DNA of 64,000 nt from Felis catus (taxonomy: Eukaryota). A model generated the notes under the pieces. The model was not told the DNA's origin. It did no database searches and saw only the letters and a list, made by a program, of their open reading frames with translations. A program made the position numbers and the translations under genes. Shown in pieces: positions 53,639-64,000 of this stretch (the first letter of the stretch is position 1; the number at the start of each line of letters is the position of its first letter). The DNA is taken from assembly GCF_018350175.1 (NCBI RefSeq), contig NC_058368.1:74340001-74404000 (forward strand), written 5' to 3'.

Positions 53639-54786
53639 AATATTATTTTCTTAGAGAGACTACGCTCATCTTCATGGCTTCAATTACTGCTGACTCACAA
53701 ATTGTGTCTCTAATACAAATCTCTCTAAAGATTTTCAAGTATGTATATTTAAATATTCATTTGATGTCTACAGGCATATCCGAAGGCCAAAGCTGAACTC
53801 ATAATCTTTCTCCTAAACATGTTCTTGGCACAGTGCTTAGGTAAAATGTGGTCTTTTGCCTACACTGCCAGATATTTGACATAATTCCATGCTTTTATAC
53901 AGTTTATTACACTTGGCCTATGGCTGTTCAATAAATATATTAGTAGTTATTACTATTAATTATATAAAAATAACCTTTGCCATGGTAATTGATCTGTGGT
54001 AAAAGATAAGTAAATTATTTTAATAACAGTTAGCTATCAGCTCTTCTGATTTGCATAATTCATTTTCATATCTCGAATTCAGTTAGTGAACCACATTGCT
54101 CATTAAGTATTGTTCAGGCAAAGAACAAATATACCACAACAGAACATGCTTTCATTGGTGTCTGTCTAATTACTTGCCCACTAAGACAATATCTATAAGT
54201 GCAAAATGAAGTGGAAAACGGATTCAATTTTCTACATTATCAGAGAAAAAGCATATGCTCTACATATCTGCATAGCATATCATTGTCGAATATAATCTCT
54301 TTAAAGGGTGGCGTCCACATGAGTTGGCTTGAAGACACATTGAGTTATGAGTTATATACTTCCCAGGCATGTCCCCCTGAAGTCTGCACGTCCTGGATCA
54401 CAGTGTTGGTGCTCTGACTTGCATTCTGAGACCATAAACATGCAGAAATTGGAGAAAACGTAAACATTTTCAACGCCACCCAGTAAAATAATTTAATTAT
54501 GGGTTCAATGTTTAAATAAAGCATCATTTGTGAGTAGCCTTGGCGAATTCTGACAGTAATCCATTTTCTGAGCAGCAAATTTGAACTTATAACAATAGAA
54601 AGCTGGGTTTGAGAAGTATTTATTGAATAGATTCGACACGAATTGTTCCTTCTTCCTATTTCTAGGCTGCCAGCTCCTGCTGTGGAAAACCGCAAATGTA
54701 TTCTTGGCTCTCTTCCAAATGTATGACTTCAATGCTGATTGGAAGGAAATATGCCTACCGATCCCTTCTCCATCCCCCTTCCCCAG

Positions 54787-55394
54787 TGATGAGGTTTTGG
54801 GGCGACAGGTTCATGGGGTCTGGAGCAGATGACCAAGAAAGAAGTTTTGAAGACATCTTTGGTACAAAAAGGTGAATTATTGAAGCCCAGGGACAGGAGA
54901 CTTGGGCAGGAAGAGCTGTCCCAGGACCATGGGGAGAGACTGGTTTTATACTGGGGTTGGGGGTGAGTAAAGTCCATGAGGAAGTTTCCAGTGAGATTTT
55001 CATATGCTAAAGAAGACTCCCAGGATACTGGAGGCCTAGCTATTGTCAAGCTAATGCTGTTTGTCCCTCTAGCAAAGCATTAGCATTAAGACAGTAGGGA
55101 CTTCCTGGAAAAAATGTTTTACTCTGCCAGTCTCAAGTATTTGTCAATGGGCTGCAGGTTATAAAAAATTTAGTTCTATCTGCCATTTTCTCCTGCCTTT
55201 GTTTCCTACATCACTCTGGAGGGGTGATGGAGACTTAGGTCCTGCAGGACTGTGATCTCTATCAGTTAACCATTTGTTTTCCTCCTTTCCTTTGTTCTTG
55301 GGCAGCCAGCAGTGCCTGAGGAATACCGCACATCCTATGAGGGGTGGAGGGGGGGTGTTTGTGACCTGTCAGCTTGCCTAATGCTCCCTCCTCA
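54787..55394 (-). mobile_element. ERV1-like solo LTR (608 bp)
   Basis: Ends tgatgagg...cctcctca (7/8 inverted repeat, TG..CA); exact TSD ccag at 54783-54786 and 55395-55398; TATAAAA on the minus strand near 54945. Confidence 0.85.
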
Positions 55395-55529
55395 CCAGTC
55401 CCCTGACTGCTGTGCTCTACGTCCGTGCTTTTTCCCAGTGGATTTGCGGTGTTGGCCATCCATCCCAATCTAGATTCTTGCAGGGCATTAAAATTAAGTG
55501 GGACATCATAGTACCTCACCAAAGCCACT

Positions 55530-55700
55530 TCTCCTCTTTTGTCTCGGTTTCCTCATCTGTTAGATGGGATAGTAGTAATATCCATAGCATAGTGTCATTT
55601 CAGTGATGGGGACCAAATGAGCTAATCATGAGGTGCATAGAACATTGGATGGCCCATAGTGGGGACTCTGTACGTACAACCTTTTATTACTGTTTTTATT
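55530..55700 (+). mobile_element. MIR
   Basis: ctcggtttcctcatctgttagatgggatagtagta MIR core. Confidence 0.75.
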
Positions 55701-56209
55701 ATTATCATCATCTGTAGTAATAGTAGTTGGAACATTAGTATTAGAATTGATGACCTTCAAAAAACTACCTTACATTACTTGGTAATTACCTTTGTGTAAG
55801 TCAGAGTTCAGATACAGGCCCTTATTACTACTTGCACAATAAAAGCTCTATAAAGACCTAGTGGCAATATCATTACCAACAATGGAAGTAGGGACAGCTT
55901 CAAAGGCTCCTCGTGCTCTTGAGAACAAGTTTTGCCCCTCTGAGTTTTAGGAATGTTCAGATTCTTTGCCCCAGCCCTTATATAACTTAGGTGTGATATT
56001 AACATAATCACTTTCCAAGAGTAAGCAGATGTTTTTTTTTGTTGTTGTTGTTTTGTTTTGTTTTTTGCCCTCTTGGCTACAGGTCAAATACTAGGTGATA
56101 CTTAGAGCCTTTCCTGACTGACATGAACAGTCATCCCTTGTGGAATTTCCTGAGAGCCACAGTCCAGCCATATTCAGGTTACACAGAATAATTTTTCATT
56201 TCTTTCATT

Positions 56210-56752
56210 TAAAAATGTTTTAAGTTTATTTATTTATTTTGAGAGAAAGAGAATGTGCGAGCAGAGGAAGGGTAGAGAGAGAGGGAGAGAGAGAATCTCA
56301 AGCAGGCTCTGTGCTGTTGTAGCAGGATTCTTTCACAGAGTCTTGACCCTGAAGCTTTTCTTTCCAGGAAGCAACTTTATTCATGCCGGCACGACTCAGT
56401 TGGGCTCCTACCCGAAGAACTGAGCCCCAAACACCACCTGGCGTAGTTTTTTTTTATAGGTTTTCTATTTCTTTGTCTCCCATATGTGGTAACATGCAAA
56501 CATGCTGTCTGATTAAGTGGTCTCCTGTTACAAGGTCATGAGGGATGTCACCTACGCATATAGCCATGCTGCCTTGTTTTGTTTTGTTTTGTTTTGGTTT
56601 GGTTTTTTTGCATTTTTTTCCATGGGGGGGGGACCCTACCACACTGTCAGCATAGAGACTGATATGGGGCTCAATTTCATGAACCGGGAGATTATGACCT
56701 GAGCCAAAATCAAGAGTCAGACGCTTAACCTACTGAGCCACCCAGGCGCGCC
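56210..56752 (-). mobile_element. Can-SINE split by an LTR insertion
   Basis: SINE halves ...caggctctgtgctgt and ctgtcagcatagag... flank the LTR. Confidence 0.92.
56318..56643 (-). mobile_element. Solo LTR (326 bp, ERV1-like) inserted in a SINE
   Basis: TG...CA ends (tgtagcagg / ctaccaca); exact TSD ctgt; minus-strand AATAAA (tttatt near 56380) and TATAAAA near 56455. Confidence 0.88.
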
Positions 56753-57614
56753 TCATTTTTTTTTTTAATTAATAGAGGGTTGCAAAGGACAGTTTATATG
56801 GGAGGTCTTTAATTTTGTAATTCAACTGGGGGTACGCTGAGGATAGCAGATCAAAATCATTGTAGATGCAACAGGAACCTGATAGCACAAGTGGTTATTC
56901 ACAAATGATGGAATAAGGCAAAGCAAGAAGCTGCAATCTGTTAGGACTGTCAATTTTTAAAGTTCTCTTCCAGGGAAAAAAGGAGAGAGAGAGAAAATTG
57001 CTTTTAATGGCGAAGACCCTGCCTTGTTGTCTAACCCTGCTTCTTGAACCATTAGGCTGCAACTTTGTCTCTTCTGATGGGAGATCTTGATTTAGACAAG
57101 ACTCTGTATTTTATTATTTGATATCTAAAAATTGTTTACAGTAAGTGCATATAAATGTTAACATTAAATATATTACTATTATTATTTTTTAAACGAACAT
57201 TCAGTGAAATACAACACTTCACTGTTTTAAAATGTTGAATGGTAGTATTAGTTTAACTCTCCCACTTTCCTCTTCTTCTTACACTCCACTGCTCAAAAAC
57301 TGTTATTGGTTCTTACATGAAACTCTTATTCTCTCTTTCTCTTTCTCTACTCCAACTTAAAATGGTATCAGTAGGCTCTAAAGTTGGCAGATAATGTATT
57401 TCATGTCCTGGGTTCCATTCTTAAATATAAAGCTTCTTTGTTCAATGACACCTGTACCTAAAATTTTCTAAATAATACAATAATCTGTGTTTCACACCTC
57501 CTACTGTGCCTGATTAGAGAAATAATAATACCTGCTCAAGAATTTTCCTGAGGCTGCTAATTTCAAATATCCCGTGCCCATGTCTAGTTAATTCAATTGT
57601 ATTGAAGGTAGTTA

Positions 57615-58525
57615 AGGGTTGGCAAGGATGCAGAAAAAAAAAGAACTCTCATATCCTAGGAGTGCAAATTGGTACAGCCACTGTAGAAAACAGTATGGAG
57701 TCTCCTCAAAAAATTAAAAATACAATTACCGGGGCGCCTGGGTGGCGCAGTCGGTTAACCGTCCGACTTCAGCCAGGTCACGATCTCGTGGTCCGTGAGT
57801 TCGAGCCCCGCGTCGGGCTCTGGGCTGATGGCTCGGAGCCTGGAGCCTGTTTCCGATTCTGTGTCTCCCTCTCTCTCTGCCCCTCCCCCGTTCATGCTCT
57901 GTCTCTGTCTGTCCCAAAAATAAATAAACGTTGAAAAAAAAAAGAAAGAAAATGTTAAAAAAAAATACAATTACCATATGACCCAGTAATTCTACTACCA
58001 GGTATCTATCTAAAGAACACTGAAAACACAAATTCAAAAAAGATATATGCACCACTCTGTTCATTGGACCATTAGTTACAATAGCCAAGAAATGGAAACA
58101 ACCCAGATGTCCATTCATCAATGAATAAATAAAGTAAATGTGGTGCACACACACACACACACACACACACGCAGGAATATTACTCAGCCACAAAAGAGAA
58201 TGAAATCTTGCCATTTGCAACCACATGGATGGATCTAGAGATATAATAATAACTAAAATAAGCCAGACAGAGAACGGCGAATACCATCTGATTTCAGCTA
58301 TATGTGGAATTTAAGAAAAAAAAATGAACAAAGAAAAAAGACAAATAAAATAACAGACTCTTGAATACAGAGAACAAACTAGTGGTTGCCAGAGCAGAGG
58401 TGGGTGGGGGAATAAGAATACCCTTATCATGATGAGCACTGGGTAAGGGACAGAATTCTTGAATTATTATCTTGTACACCTGAAGCGAATGTAACACTGT
58501 ATGTTAATTATACTTCAGTATAAAA
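57615..58525 (+). mobile_element. Carnivore L1 3' fragment (older) with nested SINE and (CA)n
   Basis: gcaaattggtacagccactgtagaaaacagtatggag, ccatatgacccag and gagaacaaactagtggttgccaga motifs. Confidence 0.88.
57731..57960 (+). mobile_element. Can-SINE, young SINEC_Fc-type copy nested in L1
   Basis: 15-bp perfect TSD aaaaatacaattacc; CpGs intact. Confidence 0.96.
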
Positions 58526-58635
58526 ATGGTGTACATGATAGTACATTAATTAGGATAAGGCTGAGCTCAAAATGCAGTAGTTTAAATAAAATTAAAGGTA
58601 ATTTCTTTGTAGGGTAAAAATCCAGTATGGGTGGA

Positions 58636-58850
58636 GGGGCGCCTGGGTGGCTCAGGCAGTTGAGCGTCGACTTCGGCTCAGGTCGTGGAACTCACAGCTC
58701 GTGAGTTCGAGCCCCACGTCGGGCTCTGTGCTGACAGCTCGGAGCCTGGAGCCTGCTTCGGATTCTGTGTCTCCCTCTCTCTCTCTGCCCCTAACCCACT
58801 CACATTCTGTCTCTGTCTCTCTCAAAAATAAACAAACACTAAAAACAAAA
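58636..58850 (+). mobile_element. Can-SINE
   Basis: Head, body and tail; TSD includes atgggtgga. Confidence 0.93.
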
Positions 58851-59329
58851 CCTAGGATGGGTGGAGCTCTACTCTTGGAAGTATCCCAGGAAGCCAGGCT
58901 AGCAGCATCTCTGCCCTCCTCAACATGGAGCTTCCAAGATTAATCCAGTTCTCACTATTCACTTTCCACTGGTAAGAACATAGAGACTTCTAAAAGCAAG
59001 GAGGCTGAAAACACAGCTTCCCTGGGCACACGGGTATTTAAGAGGAAGGCCAGGATGAGTTTTGGGGAACAGCCAGCAGGCTCTAAAATACATCATAACA
59101 TAGGCTTGCTGATGGTTGGGTCTCCCAATAGTGCAAATATTACTGGGTGCATTGCAGGTACCCAGAGCATCATAATCTACCCAGGACCAGAAGTTAGAGA
59201 GCAAGTGCAGGTGGGCAGAATAAAAGGGGACACCGTTTTGGAGGTGCCACTGAAAAGGAAAGCAAACTGTACACACAAAAACAGGCAGATCACATGTATC
59301 CTTTTATTTGTTTAACAAAATTAAGACAT

Positions 59330-59531
59330 TGAAAGTTTATTAACTTTGAGAGAGACAGAGACAACATGAGTGCGAGGGGGTCAGAGAAAGAAGAGACAGA
59401 GAATCCCAAGCAGGCTCTACGTTGCCAGAGCAGAGCCCAACGTGGGGCTCCTACTCACGAACCCGGGAGATTGTGGCCTGAGCCACAGCTAAGGGTCGGA
59501 TGCTTAACCAACTGAGCCGCCCAGGCGCCCC
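59330..59531 (-). mobile_element. Can-SINE
   Basis: Antisense body ending ccaggcgcccc. Confidence 0.9.
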
Positions 59532-61177
59532 GAGACTTTTATTAGAACAGACACTTCTCTAACCACCACAGTGGTTGTGTGTTGAGAACATGATGGAACA
59601 AGCAGGATTGAGATAGGAGACATCAACAGGAGTAGCATCAGTAATTTCCAAAGCACTGCCAGTGTCCATCTTGTTTAATGGTAGAAATAAGAGCAGAGCA
59701 AGGCCACTGGGGGGCAGAAAGAAGATACCAGAGCATATATGTGACCAAATCCCAATGTATTATGAAGAAATGAGTAATATCAATACACTTGTCGCCTGTT
59801 CAGAGATTCAAAGGACAAAGACTGAGTGCTTTTCTACTGTCATTATCATTTTTGTTCCTTGGGTATTATCGTCTATTTCCTGTGGCCTGGGGTGGGTGGG
59901 TACGCAGTTATGCACTCATAAATTTCTGAGTATTCGGAAGGAAGAAGTGGGTGGAAATTCACCATGGAAAACAATCAGAATCCTAAGCATGAGGTCCTCT
60001 TTATAGTGAGATAAACACTGGAGAACTTCCCCTTCCCAGTAAACTCTTCTTTGAGCCAATGAACTCTATGCTCCATATTAGAGGGTCTCCCAGTGCAAAA
60101 CTCCATTTTGGAATCCAAAATTCACAGTCAGGTGTCTCAGAACTAGGCGCTAGAGGTCTCAGGCACCAGATGAGAAAGTGATCATTAATCAGCACTAGCC
60201 CATTAGCATTATGGGAAACGCCATTCAATTGCTCTATTTCACCAGAGGTGGATAGAAATGGAGTAGCATCTCTGCATTTAGAGAACAGGACTTCCATCTC
60301 ACGTTTGCTGAACAGAGGATTTTCCCTAATGGCTCAACTAATTTTCACTCTTCACCTTTGCTATTCTGTAGCTTTATGCTTTTGCCAACAATATTATGAA
60401 GTTGACAGTTATTTCACAATTTACTTTTCCTGGTGGGGTTACCTTTAAGATGTGTCCCCCTATACTTTATTCTGGAGAGCCAAACTCTTCTTGCAAAGTG
60501 TCCATCCATGAACGCTTTCTCCTGTGCAGTCAGTCATGGAAAAAAAGTGTTTCATGCGACATATCTTCAGCCCAAATTAGGAAGGCAAGAGCCCTAAGCC
60601 CTCCCACCTGGAGGCAGCTGCTGTTTCAGCCTTTGGCTTTTGTTTCGTCAGGGACTTGAAGCCTGAGGATGTGCAAGCTCTCTAAAATATCTTAAACATA
60701 AACTACTGATGACAGGATCTTTTTTTTTTTTTAAATCAAAAACACAGCTGCATCAGATCCTTTTTTTTTTCTTAAAGCCTTCTGGGACACTTCAGTTTTC
60801 AGTCTAGAATTTCGAGCAATGGGGACATGACCATAGCTCCTCAAGGACTGAGCCATATGACCTCCTTATGCCCATGTATTAGCACGTGGGATTGATTTGA
60901 GAATTAAAATGACATTTGAACAAGAAACGTTGGACTATGTAAAAGTACAGAGTTTTGTGATTTCTATGGTTATGTGGAATGCCAAGATTAGTATAAAGCC
61001 CTTGATTCTCCCATTTGAGCCCACAATTCTAATAGTATATAATTTTTGTATTTCAAGGGGAAAATGCTCTATATTTTGATATTCTCCATTAATTTGCTAA
61101 ACAAACCAGCAAAAGCTATGTCCTTCTGTACTAGAGGTTACAATCTAATTCAATTCAATTCACTGTTAGGAAAATAG

Positions 61178-61370
61178 GGACGCCTGGATGACTCAGTTGG
61201 TTAAACGTCCAACTTCAGCTGTGAGTTCGAGTCCTACGTCAGGCTCTCTTGGGCTCTGTGCTGACAGCTCAGAGCCTGGAGCCTGCTTTGGATTCTGTGT
61301 CTCCTTCTCTCTCTGCCCCTCCTGCTTTCACACTCTGTCTCTCTCAAAAAAAAATAATTAAAAAATGTAT
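61178..61370 (+). mobile_element. Can-SINE with internal deletion
   Basis: Lacks the caggtcatgatctcac segment; TSD gaaaatag. Confidence 0.9.
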
Positions 61371-61609
61371 TAAAGAAAATAGCCTATAAACACATACACG
61401 CATATATTTTGTATATAAATTACACATATATTTTGCAAAATTATATATTATATGAAATTAAATACATATATTTTTTATTTCACACACTTATATATTATGC
61501 AAAACATATATATATTTGCACATTTGCTCAATGAACAAAAAATAAATGGATCCAAGGAACAGTTATAGGTATTAGGGGATATACACAACCACAAAGAATA
61601 ACCCCTACT

Positions 61610-62400
61610 CAGAAGGCATTCAGATGGCCAACAAACACATGAAAGGATACTCAATATCCCTAATAACCAGGGAAATGCAAATTAACATTGAAATGAGATA
61701 TCACTATACACCTGTCAGAATGACTAACCTCAAAAACAGCATAAATAACAAATGTTAGTGAGGATATGGAAAAAAAGGAACACCACTCCCACCCCCGCCC
61801 CCTGCGCTGTTGGTGGGAATGCAAATTAGTGCAACCATCATGGAAAACAGTATAGACATTCCTCAAATGTTAATAATAGCATTACCATATGATCCGGCAA
61901 TTCCACTACTGCGTATTTACTCTAAGAAAAATAAAAACACTAATTCAAAAAGATATATGCACTCCTATGTTTATTACAGCATTATTTACAATAAGCAAGG
62001 CATGGAAACAATCCAAGTGCCCAGATGAATTGAAAGGATAAGGAAGACATAGATAGTTAGATAGATAGATAGATAGGTAGATAGATAGATAATGTAGATA
62101 TAGATATATATACACCATGGAATATTACTCAGCTGTAAATAGGAATTTAATCTTGCCATTTGCAACATGGATCGACCTAGAGAGTATAATGTTAAGTGAA
62201 CTAAGTCAGAAGGAAACAGAGAAGTACCACATGATTTCGTTCATATGTAGAATTTAAGAAATAAAATAAATGAACACACAAAGGGGCGAAAGACAAAAAA
62301 GACTCTTAACTATAGAGAACAAACTGGTGGTTGCCAGAAGGGAGGTGGGGGGAGACAGATAAAAGGGATTAAGAGTGCACTTAGCGTGATGAGCACTGAG
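61610..62400 (+). mobile_element. Carnivore L1 3' fragment with (GATA)n
   Basis: cagatggccaacaaacacatgaaagga, LPYDPAIPLL remnant and 3'UTR motifs; (GATA)n at about 62050-62110. Confidence 0.88.
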
Positions 62401-63650
62401 AAAAATCTTGTTTTGAGAACGTTGCAGTGGAGGTTATGGAAAAACCTTTGTCTTGGAATTAGGACTTTCATACCTGTTTGATGGTGTAGTCAGGAACAAA
62501 GGCATAAACTATGGAATGTTTCAATTGTGCTCATTTGAAGAAGCAAAAATACTCCTTCTCTTACATGATTTCCCACTTGTCTGTAGGACAAGACGCTGAG
62601 AGAGGTCTCGCCTGGAATCTTTCTGGGCTATGAAGCGCTGATACATTCTGGCAGTCTGGTTAAGTGGAAGATGTCCGACAGAAAGCCAGTGAAGATTCAG
62701 GAAGTCTACATTAAGGACCAGATGCCCAGGGAACTAGAGCCCAAGAGATCAGTGATGAACGGAAGGGAGGGGTGTCTTAGAGTCCTAAGCAGGTACGCCA
62801 GATTGGTGTCTGAAGTCTTGTACCTGCTGCCCGTACACATCTCTTGAGAAGCATTTCATGGCATATTTCCTCTCCGAATTTTTCCTTAGCTATACATTTA
62901 CCATCTCTCTCTCTTCGGATGGGAGTGCTATGTTTTCTTTTCTTCCTCAGGTATTTAAAAGTGTATTACATTTTATTAATGTTACTTAACCTGCCTTTGG
63001 TTCCCATCAAACCGTGAATCTTTGTGAACATTTCCCATGCCTTGCCCATGATTGTCTTAAATTGCCTAGTTAAAAAATAAAAAAAAAATCTGTCTAATGG
63101 ATTCATAGAAAATGTTGAAATGACAGGTTGAAAGAATTCAAGCAAATGCTGGAATCATTCTCTAGAATGACTTTGATTTGTGAACCAGACCAAGGTCAAC
63201 ATTTAGCTAGACCTGAGCCCATAGTTGGGGACAATTAGGACCTAAGTGGAGGGCACGGAGGCAGAAGAAAGCTGTCAGGCAGTCCTTGTCTGTGGATTTC
63301 AGTGCTTTAATGCACACTTTTAGTGCGTTGAAACCAGGGCTCTAATACAAAGTCATTACTGAGCCAATCCTAATAAATTTTCAAAATGAATCACAAAAAA
63401 TTAGTTACAAACCAACTACAAATAGTAGCATTATATTTTGGAGCATTCTAATTTTTAAATTTACAGTTGCACTTAAACATACAACTCATAAGAAAATATT
63501 TCACTCCACCTCAACCATCCTTCACAAATAATCAAAATGAATTGAGATTGTGCTGAACCATTGAAAAGTCAAAATAAAGAATAACATAAAATATTACACC
63601 AGCATTAATGAAATGTAGTTGATCAAATAACTTCTTAAAACTTGTCTTTT

Positions 63651-63870
63651 AGAGGCTCCTGGGTGGCTCAGTCAGTTGAGTGTCCAATTTTGGCTCAGGT
63701 CGTGATCTCGCAGTTCACGAGTTTGAGCCCCACGTCGGGCTCTGTGCTGACAGCTCAGAGCCTGGAGCCTGCTTGGGATTCTGTGTTTCCCACTCTCTCT
63801 GTCCCTCCCTACTTACACACTGTCTCTCTCTCTCTCAAAAATAAATAAATATTTTTTAAAAAATTTTTTA
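63651..63870 (+). mobile_element. Can-SINE
   Basis: Head, body and tail; TSD aaaacttg. Confidence 0.93.
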
Positions 63871-64000
63871 AAAACTTGCTTTTATCTTGTATTTTATTAC
63901 AACTTACTGTAAAATAGCAAAAATTTAATTTATAATTTATGTACCTGAATAAAGACATGCATTATAATTTTCAAAAAGACACTTTTTTAAAAATTTTTTT

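Noticed and set aside
54787..56643. Two LTRs as the ends of one deleted provirus
   Set aside because: They differ in length, sequence and TSD; the intervening DNA is MIR, unique sequence and SINE with no PBS, gag or pol
32252..57970. Recurring peptides such as GQRETEHERGRGRERGRHRIG and SVLTAQSLEPASDSVSP, suggesting a gene family
   Set aside because: They are reading frames through Can-SINE copies
58530..59300. Possible old MLT1-type LTR around the SINE at 58636
   Set aside because: The similarity is too faint to define ends or family by eye

Overview
This is eukaryotic, AT-rich, repeat-dense DNA from a carnivore, almost certainly a felid, judged by about 37 tRNA-derived Can-SINE (SINEC_Fc-type) copies and carnivore LINE-1 3' ends. 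I recognise no intact host protein-coding gene. The longer ORFs are LINE-1 ORF2 remnants, SINE read-through or microsatellite artefacts, so the window looks intergenic or intronic. It also holds several 5'-truncated L1s, solo LTRs (ERV1-like, MLT2, MLT1, MER34-like), MIR/L2/hAT fossils and simple repeats. The most notable non-repeat signal is a TATA-like motif at about 14.8 kb flanked by divergent strong splice donors, with a candidate second exon on the minus strand. Other points of interest are a solo LTR inserted inside a SINE with an exact 4-bp TSD, a templated repair scar in an L1 3'UTR, a possible L1-associated deletion and a 27-bp tandem duplication beside a TATA box. I found no convincing evidence of a novel multi-gene system. 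Repeat family names come from recalled consensus motifs, not a database search, and most repeat boundaries are approximate.
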